A DNA stretch of 63,662 bases, the filler included, from Stramenopiles sp. TOSAG23-3 (taxonomy: Eukaryota): NCBI GenBank assembly GCA_900128585.1. It is 15 parts of 15 records of this genome, joined end to end, with 100 filler letters (N's around TTAATTAATTAA, not from the genome) between each part and the next. Parts side by side here need not be neighbours in the genome. Positions count along the whole stretch, not along the records: positions 8,534 to 12,693 come from LT643927.1; positions 12,794 to 16,953 come from LT643928.1; positions 17,054 to 21,211 come from LT643929.1; positions 21,312 to 25,463 come from LT643930.1; 11 more parts are not named here. The stretch is one strand, 5' to 3'. The notes beneath the pieces are model-generated. The model did not search any database. It saw only the letters and a program-made list of their open reading frames with translations, and was not told the DNA's origin. Position numbers and translations under genes: made by a program. Positions 9,010-21,390 of this stretch are shown here, one piece after another. Positions within the stretch are counted from its first letter, which is position 1. Each line of letters opens with the position of its first letter.

Positions 9010-11646
9010 ATGGGTATCTGGAAGATACGTGTCCCAGTCTTGTTTGCGTATGTGCTCGTCTTTCTCCTGGTTCAAACGCGCGCGTGGAAAGACTGGAGTG
9101 ATTTCAATATACAGGGCACGGGGGCGAAACCTCAGCCAAGAGAGGGGCACTCGGCGTCCATGTGGGGGGACAAAATTGTCATCTTTGGCGGCAGATCGAA
9201 CGACCAGTACAAGTACCATTTGCCGAGAACGTACGACGTTGGGGAACAGAAAGGTGTTTTTGGCGTAAAATCGTACTTCTCTATTCCAGTAAACGAAGGC
9301 TGCGACGAAACGCCAGGGGCGGAACGCGCCGATAATAAAAGTGGTGTTTGCAAGCAGGTGGGCACTGTTAGAATAGGCAACTTCTTTAACGACATATGGT
9401 CGTACGATCTTGCGTGCGACCGTCAGTACGACACGCCGTGCAATAGTGAGGGGTGGACAAATATTCACCCTGGCGGTCAATACGGTGACTGCATTATTAT
9501 AAATTTTGAAGAGGTTTGCCAGCTGCCACAGGAACGCTATGGTCACATGGCCACAGTGCATAAAGACAGACTCTGGGTATACGGGGGGTTTGCTATGTTT
9601 TGTTTGGACTACTGCATCGACATGTGGACCTACAACCTAATAACGGACGAGTGGAAAGTAATGGAGGACTACGATAGTGTCAGCCCACATCCGCACAAGC
9701 GCTGGCGGCAAGGTTCGGTTAATGTAGGGGGGTGGTGGGTCATGTTCGGTGGGTACCGTCTCTGGCACGGGTTCCGCTCCGTGAATTTTTATGAAAACGA
9801 TTGGGATGCATACGATGTGGATTGCACCCCAGAGAATTGGGACTTGTGCAATCCCAATGGGGGGTACATGGATGACCTGTGGATTTTTGAAATATGCAAA
9901 GACGCACATTGCTCTACTGATTTGATCACACTGTGGCGCCGCCTGTTCCAACAGTACACGTATGTAAGCAATCCTGGTATCGCGTGGGATGATAGAAACC
10001 GCATCAAACTGACGTCGCAGTGGCCGATGGGCCGGGCGGGTCACGTAATGACAAGTGTAAATTGCAACGCAACGTACCGAGAGAAAGACTGCCTCGTGTA
10101 CATGTTCGGCGGTTACCGTGTTGTTTTTCCGTACCCAGAGACCACTTCGCCAGGCTACCTGCTGGCCACGAAAGGCCTGAGTAGTGGGCGAGGATTTGTG
10201 TCTTACCCGTCTCTCCCGTATTATTTGAACGATTTGTGGAAACTCGAATTAGACACTGGGCTATGGACTGAAATTGAGATTAGCTCCCCGACCGTTCCTG
10301 CAGGGCGACACTTGCACAGCTTTGTAGCTGCAGGCAAGATTTTGATGCTCTTTGGGGGCTACAACTCCAACAATTACATGTCGGACTTGTGGTCCCATAA
10401 TACTACTACGCGGTACTGGCTGGATAAGAAGAAGCACGTTCACGAAAAGTATCCCAGTGCGTGTGTTGCGGACGCTCCCGGCCAGTTGTCTGTGTTCGGG
10501 GTTCCGACGCGATCAACATCGGTGACCCCTATCAAAGGCTCATTCAACAATACTGACGGGCTGTACGGAAGAGCGACGACCGAGATCAAAGTTTTTCAAC
10601 GTCGGCGGCAAAACCCGGGCTGGGACGGATGCCGGGATAGAAATGATGGTAAGGGAGGCGATTTTTCGCAAGAGCTACTGTACGATCAACCCTTCGGCAG
10701 AGCGGGTCATGCGACCGTTTACCACGCAAAATATCGGGCATTTTACGTGTTCGGCGGCGCCGGGTATGAGGACTACGTGATTCCCACGCTTGGGGAAGCC
10801 ACCCCGTTCCAAAGACTGAACAAGATGTGGCATTGGAAGCAAGACGCTTGCCCCAACAACTGCACTGGAAACGGGCGCTGTGACTATGGCTATTGCACGT
10901 GCTCCAATGGGTTTTACGGTATAGACTGCTCAAACACTACCTGTCCGGGGGATTTCTGCTACTACGACCCAAACACTCATGAACAAATATGTTCTCACTG
11001 CTGTGCTGCGAGCACCTATGAGCGCTACGATGGGGACTTTTACGTTCCGAATGTAAACAAGGTGCCGTGTGATAAAAACCACGAAGGTGAGCGGCACGGT
11101 ATTTGTGACGGTAATGGGAACTGCCAATGTATGCAGCCCTTTGTTGGCGACGATTGTTCCATTCGAGACTGCCCCAACGAATGCAACGGCCACGGCTGGT
11201 GCAGTTTAGAGTTCCCTGTCGCGCGGTGCATGTGCGACCTACCTTATGTCGGGGATGATTGCGCGTTCCTGGAGTGCTTAAACAACTGCTCCTACCCGAA
11301 CGGAGAGTGCCACGAAGGCGTGTGCGTTTGCAATGCCACCTTCAGTCCTTACAACAATACCTTGGTCGTTGAAGGGGTAAAGAATTGGAACGAAGAGGAG
11401 GCCCCAAGGTGGATGAGGGGTATGCGCGAACCGCCCGAACCGCCTCGACTTCTCCCGCGTACCGAGGACGGCAAGTGGGGCGGTACCTATGTCGGTGATT
11501 ACGCGGGGGAAGACTGCAGCTACGTGCTCATTTTTGCAACGGGTGCAACGCTTGGTGTGCCATGGGTTCTGTTGGGGAACATGTTCCTGAGTGTAGTGCT
11601 CCTTCTTGAATCTTGTCACCAGTTTGAGCAAGGGGGCTGGGGTTAG
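9010..11646 (+). CDS. Secreted/membrane Kelch-repeat beta-propeller plus tenascin-type EGF repeat protein (attractin/MEGF8-like architecture)
   Basis: Signal peptide; repeated P.R.GH...IFGG...NDxW kelch units; CPNNCTGNGRC..G.C.C..GFYGIDCS EGF units; hydrophobic C-terminal segment. Confidence 0.85.
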   Translation: MGIWKIRVPVLFAYVLVFLLVQTRAWKDWSDFNIQGTGAKPQPREGHSASMWGDKIVIFGGRSNDQYKYHLPRTYDVGEQKGVFGVKSYFSIPVNEGCDETPGAERADNKSGVCKQVGTVRIGNFFNDIWSYDLACDRQYDTPCNSEGWTNIHPGGQYGDCIIINFEEVCQLPQERYGHMATVHKDRLWVYGGFAMFCLDYCIDMWTYNLITDEWKVMEDYDSVSPHPHKRWRQGSVNVGGWWVMFGGYRLWHGFRSVNFYENDWDAYDVDCTPENWDLCNPNGGYMDDLWIFEICKDAHCSTDLITLWRRLFQQYTYVSNPGIAWDDRNRIKLTSQWPMGRAGHVMTSVNCNATYREKDCLVYMFGGYRVVFPYPETTSPGYLLATKGLSSGRGFVSYPSLPYYLNDLWKLELDTGLWTEIEISSPTVPAGRHLHSFVAAGKILMLFGGYNSNNYMSDLWSHNTTTRYWLDKKKHVHEKYPSACVADAPGQLSVFGVPTRSTSVTPIKGSFNNTDGLYGRATTEIKVFQRRRQNPGWDGCRDRNDGKGGDFSQELLYDQPFGRAGHATVYHAKYRAFYVFGGAGYEDYVIPTLGEATPFQRLNKMWHWKQDACPNNCTGNGRCDYGYCTCSNGFYGIDCSNTTCPGDFCYYDPNTHEQICSHCCAASTYERYDGDFYVPNVNKVPCDKNHEGERHGICDGNGNCQCMQPFVGDDCSIRDCPNECNGHGWCSLEFPVARCMCDLPYVGDDCAFLECLNNCSYPNGECHEGVCVCNATFSPYNNTLVVEGVKNWNEEEAPRWMRGMREPPEPPRLLPRTEDGKWGGTYVGDYAGEDCSYVLIFATGATLGVPWVLLGNMFLSVVLLLESCHQFEQGGWG

Positions 11647-13032
11647 TAATTTTTCGTCTGACTTTCGTAAGTTAACGTACATAAAATACCTATATGTGTC
11701 GGAGTACTCATGATGCCTGTATTTCAACAGAAAAATCAAAAGGGAATTATCACACCATGCCTGGTGTGCCCTCATATACGTAGTCTAATTATTCTCATCT
11801 AGTATAACTTAAATACGCAGTGTCGGTACGTACCATTCGAACGACGAGTCGGCAGCTCTGCAAGGATCTCTCTCTCTCTCTCATTCTATTGCTACTGACC
11901 ATATTTATTAGTCCTATAGACAGACTAAGTGCGTACCAGGTAAGGTAAGGTATTATATATTACGAGGAGTATACCTGTACTGGAGGTGTGCGGTCAAAAG
12001 AACTGTAGTATTTGGGAACAAAAAATGTATTGGAATTATTCTCCCTCGTATTCAATTATACCATTTAATTCGTATTTATTATAAAATTATAAACTATTAT
12101 ATTACATTATACATACAGTAGCTATCACTTGTGCCGTCAAATGCCGAGCAAGACGAGAGAGACAGCCAGGCCAACAAAACCGATTTAAACTAGACGACTA
12201 TCAATTAAGTATTTGTTTTATTTCGCAAATAATAAATTATTGCTCCTCGACGAATATCCTTCTAAATTATATATTAAAATAATATCACAAAATAATATAG
12301 ATGGAATATGGATAAAATATACCTTAAATATAGAAAAAAGACCGAGAGAGAAGTTATAAAGATTATTTTTTTCATTTTGTACGGTAATTAATATTAATTA
12401 ATATTGGATTATACCACCTGGTACTAACTACCTGTATTATTATATCGATTTTTTGTCTTCTTCTCCTCGTTTTCAGGTTTCAGGTTTCTTCAGGTGGGGT
12501 GGGTGTTCCATCCATTTTTTATTTTTTATTTATTATTATTTATTATAAAAAATTACTAGAATTTAATAAAAATACAGACAGAGGTGTTGAGAAATGTTTT
12601 GTTTTTTATGATTCCATATGTTTTTAGATATTTATGACAGGTTTGATATTTTAATTACAGACAGAGAGAAAAGAATCCATTCTGTACCTGGGTNNNNNNN
12701 NNNNNNNNNNNNNNNNNNNNNNNNNNNNNNNNNNNNNTTAATTAATTAANNNNNNNNNNNNNNNNNNNNNNNNNNNNNNNNNNNNNNNNNNNNAAGACGT
12801 CTAATCCTTTGCAAGTCTATCCAGAATATCCCCGCAAATGAAGTGAAGCTGCAAGGATCGCAGGGAAGCCAGCCAAATTATCCCCACAAATATACAGTAC
12901 CGCGAAACTCATTATGGACACATCTCGATCTGATGTCGAGTATGTCTTGCAAAGTCGCGTCTTTGTTCTCCTTGATGGACAAGCCTCCATCTTTCACGTA
13001 GGCGCGTAGCGAGAACTTGATTCCGCCCATGC

Positions 13033-13641
13033 TCATCGCATACACTTTGTAGCCATTCTACGACCGATGTAAGCAGCAATACCGATGCTGCCCAACCGTT
13101 CTACTTGTGATGCAACGTCCAATAAGAACTTAATATTTCCCTCATTTGCGTTCGTTATCATGTCTGACAGCTGTGCTACTTCTTTGGGAAATCTGCCCTG
13201 TCCTGATCTATCAGAGTTCATGTACTTTACGTAGGACCTGCCGTACTGTTTTACAAGAAAACTGTGGGCCCTCTGTTTTTTTGCTGCTAGAATTTTTAAG
13301 TGATCCACACTGATAAGATCATCACTACCCGACCTAAGGGTTGACTCCACTTGTTCAAAGATGAGGTAATCGTTTGCCGTGATACGTGCCCCGGATTGTG
13401 CTGATTGCTGATTTGCTGGCAATGGTGTTCTAGCCCCATTAGAGGATTCGCTTGCCAAATCCACAACGGCCCCTTCTTTGTACGCATCAGCAGTGTCTTG
13501 GGCCACTCTGTCGTGAACTGTCATAGTACGGGTAGTCCTTACTTCTTCTACGGCACGTGCATTCTCCTCAACCAATGTTTTGAGACGTTTCATCATTTGT
13601 TTCTTCTTGTCAGAAGATATCTCTTCGCCAAAATCAACCAA
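13033..13641 (-). CDS. Hypothetical protein, possibly frameshifted near its 3' end
   Basis: 202-aa ORF in coding-like composition; another frame stays open (KVYAMSMGGIKFSLRAY...) to ~12875. Confidence 0.45.
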   Translation of the reverse strand: MVDFGEEISSDKKKQMMKRLKTLVEENARAVEEVRTTRTMTVHDRVAQDTADAYKEGAVVDLASESSNGARTPLPANQQSAQSGARITANDYLIFEQVESTLRSGSDDLISVDHLKILAAKKQRAHSFLVKQYGRSYVKYMNSDRSGQGRFPKEVAQLSDMITNANEGNIKFLLDVASQVERLGSIGIAAYIGRRMATKCMR

Positions 13642-14637
13642 ACATGACTGTATCTCAGCAATAGTTTTCTTATTTCGACTATTTCCTTTTATTATGTAAT
13701 AATATTATTTATGATAAAATGACAAATAATAACACATTCCTTTTCTTAAGAAATTCTTATTACAATGGTATTTCTATATTATATCATTCATTGATTCAAT
13801 TTTTTTCTTCTTATTATTATTAATAGAATGACTATTATATCCCTTCTATGTTATTACTATGTTAATTTCTAAGAAGATAAAAGAAAATGATTTTTTTTTT
13901 GAGGAGATGAAGAAAAAAAAATCCTCCAGTCTATTCTAAGGTTATATTCTTTTTAGTAAAAAGAGAAGTATTAACGAAGGAGATTCCACACCATCTATTT
14001 ACATAGATAAAATCCCTTTATAATTAATATATTTTCCTTAATTACTAGATTATTTCATCGATGCCTTTCTTCTTATTATTGATTCATTTTTTTCTTCTCT
14101 TCTTCTTGTTGGGTAATTTTATAATCCTATGTTTATATTAATAAAAATGGACCTGTATCCCGCGTTGAGACAAGTACTAAATTATTATGTTGTTGTTGTA
14201 TTAAATAATGTGATTGTATAGTCATACTATTATATTGTTGTAAATTGATTAATTTGATTCTTCTTCTTTGTTTTTTATATTTTTAATTGCTTATACTATA
14301 GTAGTAGTAGAGCTCTTCTCTCTCTATTATGATCAATATATCATCATCATCATCTTTTTTTTCTTCTTTCTTCTTCTTCTTCTTCTTATTACTATACTAA
14401 TATAATATAATAATTCCAATACTACTACTACTGAAAAAAAAATCCACAACAGAAAGTATATTTTATTCTTTAATAATATGATTTCGATTTCATACCAAGA
14501 AAGAAATGAAAAAAGGGGAAAATAGTCAGACGATTAGAAAGAAAAGATAAGTCGAAAAGTAGGTTCGATTGTGTTCTGAAACGGTTCTTAAAGTTTAACA
14601 CCCTGATTGTTCGTTTGATTCTTTTTATTGTTTCGCA

Positions 14638-15912
14638 ATGGCTTGCCTTGCTGTTAGCACAATCAGCGAAGCAACGCAGGTCAAGGTTGAAGGGTTGTTG
14701 ACGGACTATTCTGTCCCGGTCAAAACTGAGTTTAATGGGATGAAAGGTTTGCTATCGGTGCCATATAAAAACGGTATGCGTGTTTGTGACCTTGAAAATG
14801 CAGTACGATCGAAATTCGGACTCCACGATCGATCGTTCAAGTGTGACTTCAGAGAGGGAACGGTTCCTAATGGGAAGAAGTATTTTAGTCTGCGGCGTTG
14901 CTTAGAAAAGTATGGATCTCATTGGGGCCCGGACCCGCAACCTGGATTGAAACTTACCAAAACCTCTTCCATGTGGCCTATATCTAAGCTTTTTAAGAAC
15001 AGCTTGGTGTGCGAACGCAACAAAGATGGCACTATTGCTGATATCCGCGTGCAAATTACCACACCACTTTATTCTTGTCTTGCGAATGAAACGACACATT
15101 ATTCCCCAGGCGCTCCTATTCTTTATTGTACAAATTACGTTGCTCATTTTACGTATTGGAATACCAAGAAACGAAAACAACGTGGGGGCGACCAACAAAT
15201 GTTTGTAGAGACTTACGGGAAGAGGATTACCCTTGACGTCGAACCGAGCGACACGATCGAGAACGTGAAGCAAATGATCCAGGACAAGGAAGGCATTCCC
15301 CCGGATCAACAGCGTCTTATCTTTGCCGGGAAGCAGCTGGAAGACGGTCGAACCTTGGGCGACTACAACATCCAGAAAGAGGCCACGTTGAATCTTGTCC
15401 TTCGACTCCGTGGTGGAATGTACCACGCAACTTCCGGGAGAGCCGACAACGGCGACGTTGAGAGTAGCAGCCATGACCAGAGCCTGCCTTTCTCTGTTGA
15501 TTTTTTTGACAGAGCGACGAATAGGAAGGGACGCTTCGACTTTGACTTGTCAAAGGTCAATTCGTACGAAGGTTTGGTGTCGGCAATGGCCGCACAGTTT
15601 AAGAAGTTGGATGCAAGGTATTCAAAGACCGCGAACGTTGACCGACGCCCCCCAGTTTTCCGCCAGCAAGAAGAAGAAATAATCAGTTTATTGAGCGACG
15701 AGGAAGGCGAGAGTTGTAATTATCCACCATCGGCACACGCGCAACGAAGAAGAGTAGTCGCGCCAAAAAAGAAGTCCGCCCCGGCCCCGGCGGCGGCCCC
15801 GGCCCACGCGTCGGACTACGACGAAGTCGTGGATGTGACCGAAGAAGTCAAGGCACACGAGGCCGAAGAGAGGCAACTGGCCATTGCGAACGCCCCGATG
15901 GTGGTCAGATAA
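14638..15912 (+). CDS. Protein with an internal near-canonical ubiquitin domain ([14 protein letters not shown]) and an acidic C-terminal tail
   Basis: Residues at ~15193-15417 align closely with ubiquitin ([55 protein letters not shown]). Confidence 0.85.
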   Translation: MACLAVSTISEATQVKVEGLLTDYSVPVKTEFNGMKGLLSVPYKNGMRVCDLENAVRSKFGLHDRSFKCDFREGTVPNGKKYFSLRRCLEKYGSHWGPDPQPGLKLTKTSSMWPISKLFKNSLVCERNKDGTIADIRVQITTPLYSCLANETTHYSPGAPILYCTNYVAHFTYWNTKKRKQRGGDQQMFVETYGKRITLDVEPSDTIENVKQMIQDKEGIPPDQQRLIFAGKQLEDGRTLGDYNIQKEATLNLVLRLRGGMYHATSGRADNGDVESSSHDQSLPFSVDFFDRATNRKGRFDFDLSKVNSYEGLVSAMAAQFKKLDARYSKTANVDRRPPVFRQQEEEIISLLSDEEGESCNYPPSAHAQRRRVVAPKKKSAPAPAAAPAHASDYDEVVDVTEEVKAHEAEERQLAIANAPMVVR

Positions 15913-16248
15913 TGATGAAGAATAATTTAAATTTATAGTTCGCAGTACATTAATTTTAATTACTTTTGAATAACAGCCAATTTTCCTATTGTAATTTATA
16001 TTTTAATATACCGTACGCACCACGCGAACTAAATTGTAAGAAAGGAGTTTCTGTAGAAGAAGGGCGTAGAAATAGGCAGGACGCTGCTCTACACATAAGA
16101 AAGAATATACGACAGGAGTCGTTGGCGAAGAGGTGAAACATGCGCAAGGAAACCGACGGGAAGAAAATCGGGGCCGCGGCGGCCTCCTCATCCAAGAAGT
16201 CGCCCGTCAAAACGTTTTTGTTTTTTTTAACTCTTACACTTTCTCAAG

Positions 16249-16941
16249 TTATAAGTTTTTCCCTGCTTCTTCCACAATCTTCATAGCTTTGGCAACGTTT
16301 GCACAGTCTTGGTCATCTGCTGCCATCAAAACCGAAAATTCCGCTTGCATAGTGGCCATTCTTGCCTTGCACACCTCCATCTTTTCCGTAAGTTCTTTGT
16401 ATTCAGGCATCTCATGGTAGGCCTTTGTAAAGCTCGACACTTTCTCGGCTTCTTTCTTGAACTCAGCTTCTGTAGCTTCAACTTCTTTGTTGAATCTTGC
16501 CATTTCTTCCCACGGGTCTTTTGTTTCGTCAAGCTCTGTCTTTGGTATCAATTTATCTGCAATATTCCCGATATCCACTCTTACAGAATAAAGTAATTCA
16601 AGTCGTGCTGCAGAGAGACGCAGCCACTCCTTCATTGTTGACTTATCGTCTTCCTGCAATAGATCCCATTTCGCGTGTCTTGGTGCACTAACTGTGGCAT
16701 ATTCTGTGACTGCAGCGCTCATAGCATCCATGGCATCGTGCATGCCGGTTAATCCTTCCCCAAGTTGCGCCCCTCCCTCTTGTTCTTTTAACCGAGATTC
16801 AATCGATGCGATATCGTTGTTTGCTTCTGCATCTTTTGACGCTAAAAACGCCATAATGTTTTCAAGTTCTTCCGATGAAGTTGAACCGTCTGTCATTTTT
16901 GCCATCAACTGTTCGTTACTCATTTCTGCATAGGACGCCAT
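16249..16941 (-). CDS. Hypothetical acidic alpha-helical/coiled-coil protein
   Basis: 230-aa ORF with ATG in an A-rich context; E/K/A-rich. Confidence 0.7.
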   Translation of the reverse strand: MASYAEMSNEQLMAKMTDGSTSSEELENIMAFLASKDAEANNDIASIESRLKEQEGGAQLGEGLTGMHDAMDAMSAAVTEYATVSAPRHAKWDLLQEDDKSTMKEWLRLSAARLELLYSVRVDIGNIADKLIPKTELDETKDPWEEMARFNKEVEATEAEFKKEAEKVSSFTKAYHEMPEYKELTEKMEVCKARMATMQAEFSVLMAADDQDCANVAKAMKIVEEAGKNL

Positions 16942-17661
16942 TTTTCTTTTGTTNNNNNNNNNNNNNNNNNNNNNNNNNNNNNNNNNNNNNNNNNNNNTTA
17001 ATTAATTAANNNNNNNNNNNNNNNNNNNNNNNNNNNNNNNNNNNNNNNNNNNNGGAGGGCTTCTCATGCTGCCGCTTCCACCGCCAGGGGCTAGCATGCT
17101 CCCGCCACCGCCTATTGTCCCGGAAAGGCTAGAATAGAACGTATGAGTTACATAACTCTATGATCTCGTAGATACATTAACAAGCACGTGAAATAATAAA
17201 ACATAAAGATAGTATATATACGTATTCTTTAGTCCAACAATGTTGTTTATTCATTTTGAATTTTACTAGTGTGTAACGTAACATAGTTGAATATTTCATT
17301 CTGATAAAATAATTAAGATAATAAAATGTTCTTTTTTTGTTGTCTTTTCTTTGTTATTTGCCTTTTAATTATAATTTTTTATTTTTCGTTCGTTCGTTCT
17401 TCTTACTTTGATTGATGTCTAGACTATGATGTGTAGTCGTCTAACAACATATTTTATTTTATTTAATCAATTTCACTATGCATGGAGGGGCTGGCTTTCT
17501 TATTACAAACAAAGAAAATTAATTTGCACACTGAACGTGTTGAATATTGATATCCCTCCCAGTTATGTTCGTTTGAAACATGTGATACGGGAAGACGAAC
17601 GACGATTTTGTGTGCGTGTGGACCAACTCAAAGACTACTTCCGCGCCCGCCGCCTGCGCCA

Positions 17662-19627
17662 ATGGCCTCCCTTACCAGCGCCGCCCCCCCCCGCTCCGGC
17701 AGCACCACTGCCGCCGACGCGAAGAAACGGAAGCGGGAGGATGTGCTGCCGGCATCGTTTGCTTGGCATCAATACATTGTCGTGCCGCCCTCGGTGCGCA
17801 AGCTCAGCATGTACCGTTTGAAGGGCTTCAAAGGCTTCACGCCGGAAGCGTTCTACCACTTCCAGGACCACCTCCTTGCGCTGAAAATTGGGCACCTGGT
17901 CGATGGGACCGAAGTCCCCACGTCCCTGGAAGTGTGCAACGTCCCGACCAAGTTTTATGGGTACTTTTGCGGCCGCCTGAAGACGCACCAGTACCTCCAC
18001 CTCCTGATATTCTCGTACTTGAACGAGATCGTGCCCTTCGAAATCATAAAGTCCCTGCCGTTTTTCAAGCAAACGCAGAACGACCGGATACGCTGTCTGA
18101 CCGGGAAGAAGCGGCGCGCGACCATAAAGATCACGAAAACGTACACGACTCCCGTGTACCAGCTGACGCCCACCATAAAGAAGGCCTTCGAGGCATCCGT
18201 GGCGTATTGGGTCCACGGGAAGGACATCGGCGCCCTTGCGGGTCCCCTCCTGTGCCAGGTCAAGTTTGACAACCTGGTCAACTCCGCCCGGGACCTGTTC
18301 GTGGTCTCCCTCATCCGGGCAAAGGTTCCGAAGCAGACCATCGCGCGGTTCTGTGCCTCGCAGTTCCTGGGTGGCCCGATGAAGTCGTGGACGGAGGTCT
18401 TCAACTTTGACGCCGACCGCCAGAACGCTGGTGCGGCGCAACCGGGGCAGGGGGACAGCATGACGTTGGATCTGCACGGGGGGGAAGCAAACGGGTCGGG
18501 CGACGGCTCTGGTTCGTCCGACGGCTCTGGTTCGTCCGACAGCCACGGGCTCCCGATGCGGAACCCCCAGCCCGATGCGGCCGCCGCCCCTGCCCCCTCC
18601 TTTATCTGGTCCATGGACCCGCGCGAGTACATGGTGAAAACGTGGCGGTTCCTCTCCGGCGCCCCGTCCGTGGAACCGGACCCGGCCACCCTTCAAAAAT
18701 TCATGGGCGACGTTGAGCGGGAGTTTCCGGGGTGCAATTACAACGTCAGGGACGTTTGGTCCCACTCGGGGAAGGACGCGGTCGTGTTCGAATCGCCAGG
18801 GTTCCAAGAGATCTTTGGCCCCCGCGAGGGTCGGTGGCAATACCTTGCGAACACGTTTACGACGCAAAACATGTACAGAATATTTTCCTACCTGTTCTCC
18901 CCAACAAAGTACATGATAGTCAGCGGAAGATTGCGAAAGCTGAACGGGGAGATCATCGACCTGAAGGGCACGTTTTACCAGAGCAATGACCGGCGGTACT
19001 TTGCCGTGGTGTTGACAGGGTCGAATAGCAAAGAGACAAACGCCCCGCTTTTGTTAACGGTAGAAGACGACTTCCTCCCGGTCATGGAGGACCGGCGCTC
19101 GCACGTTTGGGAAACCATCCGGTTCGTCCAAGGGTTTCCGACCAAGAGTGGCCCCGACCGGGACTCGTGGGAGGCGTTCGTCGGGGAGATTAGGGGGGGG
19201 GGGGCTGGCACCCCGCACGGACTGCCACTTCGAAATATTCGACTTTCACCAGCCGTACGAGGGTAGCTTGGTGTACTTCTCCCCCGGTATCAACGCACTG
19301 TACGCCCCGTGGTCGGAGAGAATCCACCGCGTGCGGGGCAACGTCTTTTCCGTTAAGAAATTTTTCCATATACTCCAGTGCGTGCTGGCCCAGTCGGCGG
19401 GCATTTCGGTAAAAGTAGAAATTGAGACGACAACGAACGAGGTCGATTACGTGCAACTTCGAATGGTTCGGTCAAAATGCGGCCGGTATTTAGCCCACAT
19501 CATCAACCCAATCTCGAAGAAGACGAAAGAAACGGGCGGCGGATCGCCAACGTTGGCTACGGGCGGCGGCAGTATGATCGATAGCTTAGAAATGTTATGG
19601 GACTATGACGAAAGCCGTGTGAATTAA
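17662..19627 (+). CDS. Putative nuclear protein with two PAS-like domains; +1 frameshift at G12 run 19193-19204
   Basis: NLS-like KKRKR. VVFESPGFQEIFG...RLRKLNGEIIDLKGTF...RYFAVVL is echoed by LVYFSPGINALY...IETTTNEVDYVQLRM...RYLAHII in the next frame (ORF 19148-19627). Confidence 0.6.
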
Positions 19628-19633
19628 TTAAAT

Positions 19634-19912
19634 TTTAGACAGAACAGATTTTAATATATCGTACTATATAATTTTGGTAAAATATTAAAAACAAATTAAT
19701 AATTATAGTATAATGTTTTAATATATCTCGTATGAAGTAGCTGTATTTGATTTAACTATATAATTTTTTTTTTTTTTGTATTTGATTTAAAATGAGAGTC
19801 TTAAAACATACTATATATGATAATTTGTTTTTTTTAATCTCGTAATGATAGTATGTTTAGACGGCTTTTAGACAGAACAGATTTTAATATATCGTATGAT
19901 AGTATGTTTAGA
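19634..19912. repeat. Short intergenic direct repeats
   Basis: TTTAGACAGAACAGATTTTAATATATCGTA at ~19633 and ~19866; TGATAGTATGTTTAGA occurs twice. Confidence 0.8.
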
Positions 19913-20128
19913 CACGGCTTTTTATTAAAACAGCCCGGATATTCATTGAAAAATCGGAGTCAAAGTATAGTTCTCAATCATTTGAACACGTCAATTATGG
20001 AACACAACCAGACAAGATGGTACAAAGTTTTAATATATTTTAAACAAATAACAGCCAATTTTCTTGTTTTAAAAAATGGTTGAAATCGGTGTGTAGGAGT
20101 GCTTTCTTGGGGGGCGCAAGTTGAAGAG

Positions 20129-20380
20129 TTATCGTTCCTCTGGCTCTTCAAGGCCATGTTTTACTCTAAGGTCTTTGCGCACTTGATCGATTCGCCCGAT
20201 CTCAGCGTTCATGTAATGCGTGATTTCAGAGAATTGCTGACGCACGCGGGCTTCAGCTGCAGCCGTGGCCTGGACAACATCCTCGGCCGAAGGCGACTTT
20301 ACTTCCACGCCCTTTGCGTGAACTAGCACCATTGCGGCAAAGCCCAGGAACAGGACAAAAAGGTTGTTGGTGCAATGCAT
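20129..20380 (-). CDS. Small predicted secreted protein
   Basis: 83 aa with a hydrophobic signal peptide (LFVLFLGFAAMVLVHA) and a GC-rich island in AT-rich DNA. Confidence 0.6.
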   Translation of the reverse strand: MHCTNNLFVLFLGFAAMVLVHAKGVEVKSPSAEDVVQATAAAEARVRQQFSEITHYMNAEIGRIDQVRKDLRVKHGLEEPEER

Positions 20381-21044
20381 GCTGCTCGTTCTCTTTCCGT
20401 GAAAAACGCAAACGCAAACGTGGCCTTTCTGTGCAGCGGAAAATGCAATTTATTTATGGTAGTCATGGTACGTTTCCCAGTGTTCGAATTCATTCCATCC
20501 CCCTCTGTCTTAATTGCTGCTACTATTGTAATGAGCAAGCATGTGATTTATATAAGTGAACAACAAAAAAAGTTGGCATCATCATCTTCTCTTTCATCGT
20601 CGTCTTTTCTTACTTATAATATATTTCACCTATATAAATTGATATTGTACATTTACATATTATTATTTCTAAAAACAATTACATAGTATTCGGTTCTATC
20701 ATCTTCTTGTAACATTTTTACCTCTCCCTCTCTGGACTATCCTATCCTATCCTATATCCTGTCCTGATCTTCCTAATAATAAAATCTAAATCCTACTAAG
20801 AAGAAGTTTAAATAAAAAAAGGTATTGAAACTATCATAAGAAGTTCAGGTAAAGCAACTACATTTAATTAATAGATAGGAAAGGGATTTATTAGTATACA
20901 TTTAATACTCTCACTACAAGTACACATTTAATAGTCTCTACACAATCCATGGATTTGATTTAATATTTATTTATATATATATGTAAAAAGGCCTTAGTGT
21001 TATTACATATAACATGAGTTTACCTGACGATAGTTAAGGTATGC

Positions 21045-21126
21045 GCTTTCTTGGCCGAGTGGTCTAAGGCGCTCGATTCAAGCTCGAGTTTGTTCGCAAG
21101 CGTGGGTTCGAACCCCACAGAAAGCA
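21045..21126 (+). tRNA. tRNA-Leu, anticodon CAA
   Basis: Acceptor stem GCTTTCT/AGAAAGC, D-arm GCCGAGTGGTCTAAGGC, anticodon stem CTCGA/TCGAG with loop TTCAAGC, long variable arm, GTTCGAA T-loop, and a downstream T-run terminator at ~21132. Confidence 0.96.
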
Positions 21127-21311
21127 CTTAATTTTTTTATTTTTTACAATGCTATTCCGATGGTATAAATTTATATTTTAAGGCCACTACACGAAAAGAA
21201 GTACTAAATTANNNNNNNNNNNNNNNNNNNNNNNNNNNNNNNNNNNNNNNNNNNNTTAATTAATTAANNNNNNNNNNNNNNNNNNNNNNNNNNNNNNNNN
21301 NNNNNNNNNNN

Positions 21312-21390
21312 TTGTTGTGTTTGTTTTCAAGTGCGATCGTGCGCTGGCGACGTTTCCACGTTGGCTCCCCTTTCAGGATTTTGTTTTTCA
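21312..21390 (+). repeat. Left arm of a 79-bp perfect inverted repeat at the contig termini (right arm 25385-25463)
   Basis: 21312-21390 is the exact reverse complement of 25385-25463. Confidence 0.95.
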
